Below, one piece after another: positions 60,331-64,000 of a DNA stretch of 64,000 nucleotides. The position numbers and the translations under genes were made by a program. Numbering within the stretch: the first letter of the stretch is position 1; the number at the start of each line of letters is the position of its first letter. This DNA comes from Antechinus flavipes (Eukaryota), in contig NC_067399.1 of the NCBI RefSeq assembly GCF_016432865.1, forward strand, positions 61,380,001-61,444,000, read 5' to 3'. Below the pieces are notes generated by a model, which saw only the letters and a program-made list of their open reading frames with translations, was not told where the DNA came from and searched no databases.

Positions 60331-63300
60331 TCCTTACTAGTTGTATAGCAGAGGGCAAAGCACACAATCCTCCCCAGATTTCCATTTCCTCCTCTGTGAA
60401 TGGAGAGTTGGATGAGGTTCTCACTAAGGACATTTCTAGCATTTAATCATGAATCTCAAGTCTTGGTTGAGACTATGGGATGTCAGTATTACATAGTAGA
60501 AAGAACTCTGGTAAACTTAAAAGTTGAGAGTTTCAGTCCTTCTGATATTTATGCTGGGCTACATACTTAGCCTGTCTGAGCCTCAGTTTCCTCATCTATA
60601 AATGGGCACTTTTATTGCATTACAAACCTCACAGGATTCTTGGGAAAAAACCAAACAACACTTTGTAAACTTGTATTGCATAAAGGTTACTGTTATTCTT
60701 GTTATTTTTTACCCTCATCATCAATCTGATGATCTCATCTTGTTCCATGAAATTCATAGTGAAACAGGAGAAAGTGGGAAACAAGTTGCTAATCTGTTAC
60801 ACATCGGATTCTGCAAATGATCGAACAGTCGCGGAAAGGTAGCATTTATGAAATGCCCAGAAGAGCGAGATCTAGAGAAAGGCCAGGAGACAATATATAA
60901 ACATTTTGTCCAGATAACAGGGAACAAGATAAATTGGGAGGTAGCTTCAGAGGAGAGCCACCAGATTGAAGGAGGATGGAGAAAGCCTTCCTATAGAAGA
61001 TGGATTTTAGCTGAGGAGGATGGGTACCAGTGTCTTTTTTGAAGAGTAGCCAGGACACCAGTGTCACTGAACTTCAGAGTGCAGGGAAGGAAGGAAGGTG
61101 CAAGAAGCTAGAGAGGGAGGAGGGCCCGGCTTACCTGGAGCTTTGAAAGCATTTCTGTTTGATCAGGGAGGTAATAGAAACCCATGGAGTTGGGTGATTT
61201 GGTGATTTGGTCAGCTCTGCATATTAAGAAAGTCATTTTGACAGCTGATTAGAGGCAGGAACATAGTGGGCAGAGACATGAAGCAGGGAGCCTGTACCAC
61301 AGGCTCCAGTAGGAGCCTAAGGCCTGCCTCCAGGTGCTGGCAGTAACAGAGGAGAGAAGGAGGGGTATTTGGGAGATCTCCCAAAGCTAGAAATGGCTGG
61401 ATTTGCCCACAATTAGGTATCTGTGGTGAGAGAGGATGTGAGGTTGAATGACAGAGGATAGCCAATGGGACTCTTGACAGTGAAGTTAGGAAGAGATGAT
61501 CACCTTTTTTGTAATTGAATTAAAATTTGGCTCATTGAAAGCATCTTTAGGCCAGTGCCAATAGCTGAAAGGAAAACAGGTTTGACATGTACGTAGTTTC
61601 ATTTTCTTTCTTTGAGATATTTATATTTTGAAAGCTTCCCATATTATTAATATTCCATAGACTAATTTCTATTAAAAGCATTCTTAAATCTCTGCACTTC
61701 AGCATTCTATCTGGGCCCAGTCAATAGCAGTCATCATTTTTGTGATTATACTGTGGTGCTATTTTAAATTTTGAAGAATCTATCCTAATTGAATTGGACC
61801 CAATAATATTGCACTTGCTTTCCCTCGCCGACAGGCTTATGTGAAAAAAAGCCCTTTGTGAGGCATTAGAGAAATGGACCACCAGATGCCAGCCCCCAAT
61901 CATGTAGTGCCTTTCCCCACCCAGTTGTCCTCCAGGAGTTCAGCATTCCTGCTCAGAGAAGCCACCTACAGACCTTCTTAGGCACAAGATGCATCTGGTG
62001 GAGTCTCCAGCAGTTACAGTTTGGCTCATTTTTGGAGAAAAATTTCCAACCTTTAAAACACTTAATGATACTCCCTCAAAAAAAAAAAAAAAAAGAATAA
62101 CATAATGAGAGCTATTATGTTGCTGATATTGCTACTTTGGAGAGAGACTCAGCTAAACCACAACAACGACACTAATAATAATACTTATGTGGCTTTGTTT
62201 TCTGAAGAATTTAGCAGATATATCATTTTATCCTCATATCAACCCTAGAAAGTGGGTGCTGTTATTATCATCTCCATTTTACAATTGAGGAAACAGAGAT
62301 TGAGTGACTTTGCTTGAGGCCACACAACTAGTGGCTAAGGCAGAATTTGTATTCAGGTTTTCCTGACTCCAGGCCTGGCACCTTACCTACTGTACCACCA
62401 GAGAGGCTGGGTGAGGAGGAAGAACTGAATCAGCCTGACGATGGAGTGGGAAGGAACCTCCAGGAAGTCATGTAATTCAGTTCTTTACTCAGGCTCTGGA
62501 AATATTAGCATTTTTGTCATATCCATCAATTCCTAGAAGTGGTGGAGGGCCCAACTTTTTCAAAGTTAAAAGTGAATTTCCTTCAGAGAGTTTTTGAAGT
62601 TGAACATTTCTTAACAACATAAGAAGTAATGTGGTCTCGTTGGGCATTAAGAGTCAGAAAGGCCTGAATTCAAGTCCTTAACCTGATAGATGTCAACTGT
62701 GTGACCCCTTCATGCCCCCCTTGACCTCTCTTCTCCTAGCCACTCTCCATTGGAGTGAGCATGTTCTTTACGGAAGCTCCCTGATAAAATCACAGGTCCG
62801 ATTTTTTGGAGTTTGAGATATGTGTGTGTGTGTGTGTTGGAGACAATAGTGACTTAACTCAGAGAAATAGCTAATAAGTATCTGAAGCTGTATTTGGATT
62901 TAAACTCAGGTCCTACAGACTCCAAGACTAATGCTTTATCTACTGCACCACTAGCTGTCAAACAGATCTAATTAAAAAAAAATTAATGTCACAAGATGAA
63001 GAAATGACAGGAAGAAGGAAGTGTAGAAATCATCTTCACTCTCTCCTTTTACAGAGGAGGGCAATCCTCAGTTGCCCTCCTAGTTAATGGCAAAGGCCCT
63101 GGGACCTCATGCAGCCATACTGGCCTTCCTTCACAAGTGTCAGGGCCCAGGCTCCCAGCTGCAAATCCAGTGAACTCTTAAGGACAGCAAGCTGTTTCTC
63201 CTTAGAAAGTCACATAGAGACAAAGATCCTATGCCTTGATCTTCAGTAACTTGTTTCTGTATGTGCTTTCTTGGCTTTAAGTCAGACATATGTGTCTTAA

Positions 63301-63554
63301 GCACCTACTGTGTGCTAGGTGCTGTGAATACAGATATTAAATAGGATAGAAAATTGTCTCATCCATTACAGTACCAAAGATAATGCTGATTTGACTATTT
63401 TCCCTTGAGCTCAAGTAGACAGTTGGGAATAGGGAGGATTAGATGTGGGAGGAGAGGGCAGATTGTCGGCTGCCCATCCTGTGCTGTCTGTATCCTGGTG
63501 TCTGAGGGGTTAGCGCAATGGAATGAAGAAGCATGGTGGGAGTATTTGCAGCCA

Positions 63555-63650
63555 GGAAGGAAGGAAGGAAGGAAGGAAGCAAGAAGGGAAGGAGAAAGGG
63601 AGGAAGAAAAGGAGGGAAGGGATGGCAGAAAGGAAGGGTGGAAAGGAGTT
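63555..63650. repeat. (GGAA)6 microsatellite with degenerate purine-rich extension
   Basis: ggaaggaaggaaggaaggaaggaa followed by GA-rich sequence. Confidence 0.85.
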
Positions 63651-63739
63651 AGTAAGCAGCTTTAGGTGCCAGGCTTCGTACTAAGCCCTTTCCAAAATAG
63701 GATCTCTTTGATTCTCAGTTGTCCTGGGAGTTAGGTACT

Positions 63740-63880
63740 ATAATTATTCTCATTTCACACTTGAGGAAACTGAGGCAAACAGGTTAAGTGACTTGCTCAG
63801 GATCACGCAACTAGTAAGTGTCTGAGGCTGCATTTGAACCCAGCACTCTATTCCTTGAGCCACCAGCTGTCTCTGGAGGA
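63740..63880 (-). mobile_element. MAR1/MIR-family SINE
   Basis: gaggaaactgaggcaaacaggttaagtgacttgctcaggatcacgcaactagtaagtgtctgaggctgcatttgaacccag. Confidence 0.7.
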
Positions 63881-64000
63881 CTGGGCTGAGGGGCAGACTG
63901 ACAGCCTCCATTCCCTCTCTCAGTCTTCTAGGTGCAGGACAGTACCGTGCTCCTCCCACCTTTCCCTTTCTCAAGAGAAACACGCCTGCTTCTCCTTTCC

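Overview
Mammalian genomic DNA, almost certainly from a marsupial. WSINE1-type SINEs, MAR1/RTE elements and the L1 3' end suggest an Australian marsupial, possibly a dasyurid; this is from recalled consensus sequences, not a database search. The window matches the human 16q22.1 gene block in inverted orientation: probable FHOD1 3' end, TMEM208 (-), FBXL9/LRRC29 (+), ELMO3 (-), E2F4 (-), EXOC3L1 (+), then a probable MATCAP1/KIAA0895L promoter with no coding exons seen. I reconstructed all coding exons of the five complete genes by hand with phase-consistent splice sites: TMEM208 173 aa, ELMO3 720 aa, E2F4 398 aa, EXOC3L1 745 aa, FBXL9 633 aa if one base is restored. I see no evidence of a wholly new biological system. 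Best leads: (1) FBXL9 keeps an intact F-box exon, invisible in the ORF track, but has a 1-nt deletion in exon 6 that creates a premature TAG (assembly error or independent gene loss). (2) A diverged hairpin antisense to ELMO3 intron 13 resembles eutherian mir-328 with a different seed. (3) An in-frame, RG-repeat uORF lies just upstream of ELMO3. (4) E2F4 has an AT-AC U12 intron, lacks the long poly-Ser tract, and has a duplicated stop-codon cassette. (5) A young L1 3' end with target-site duplications is nested in an older L1.
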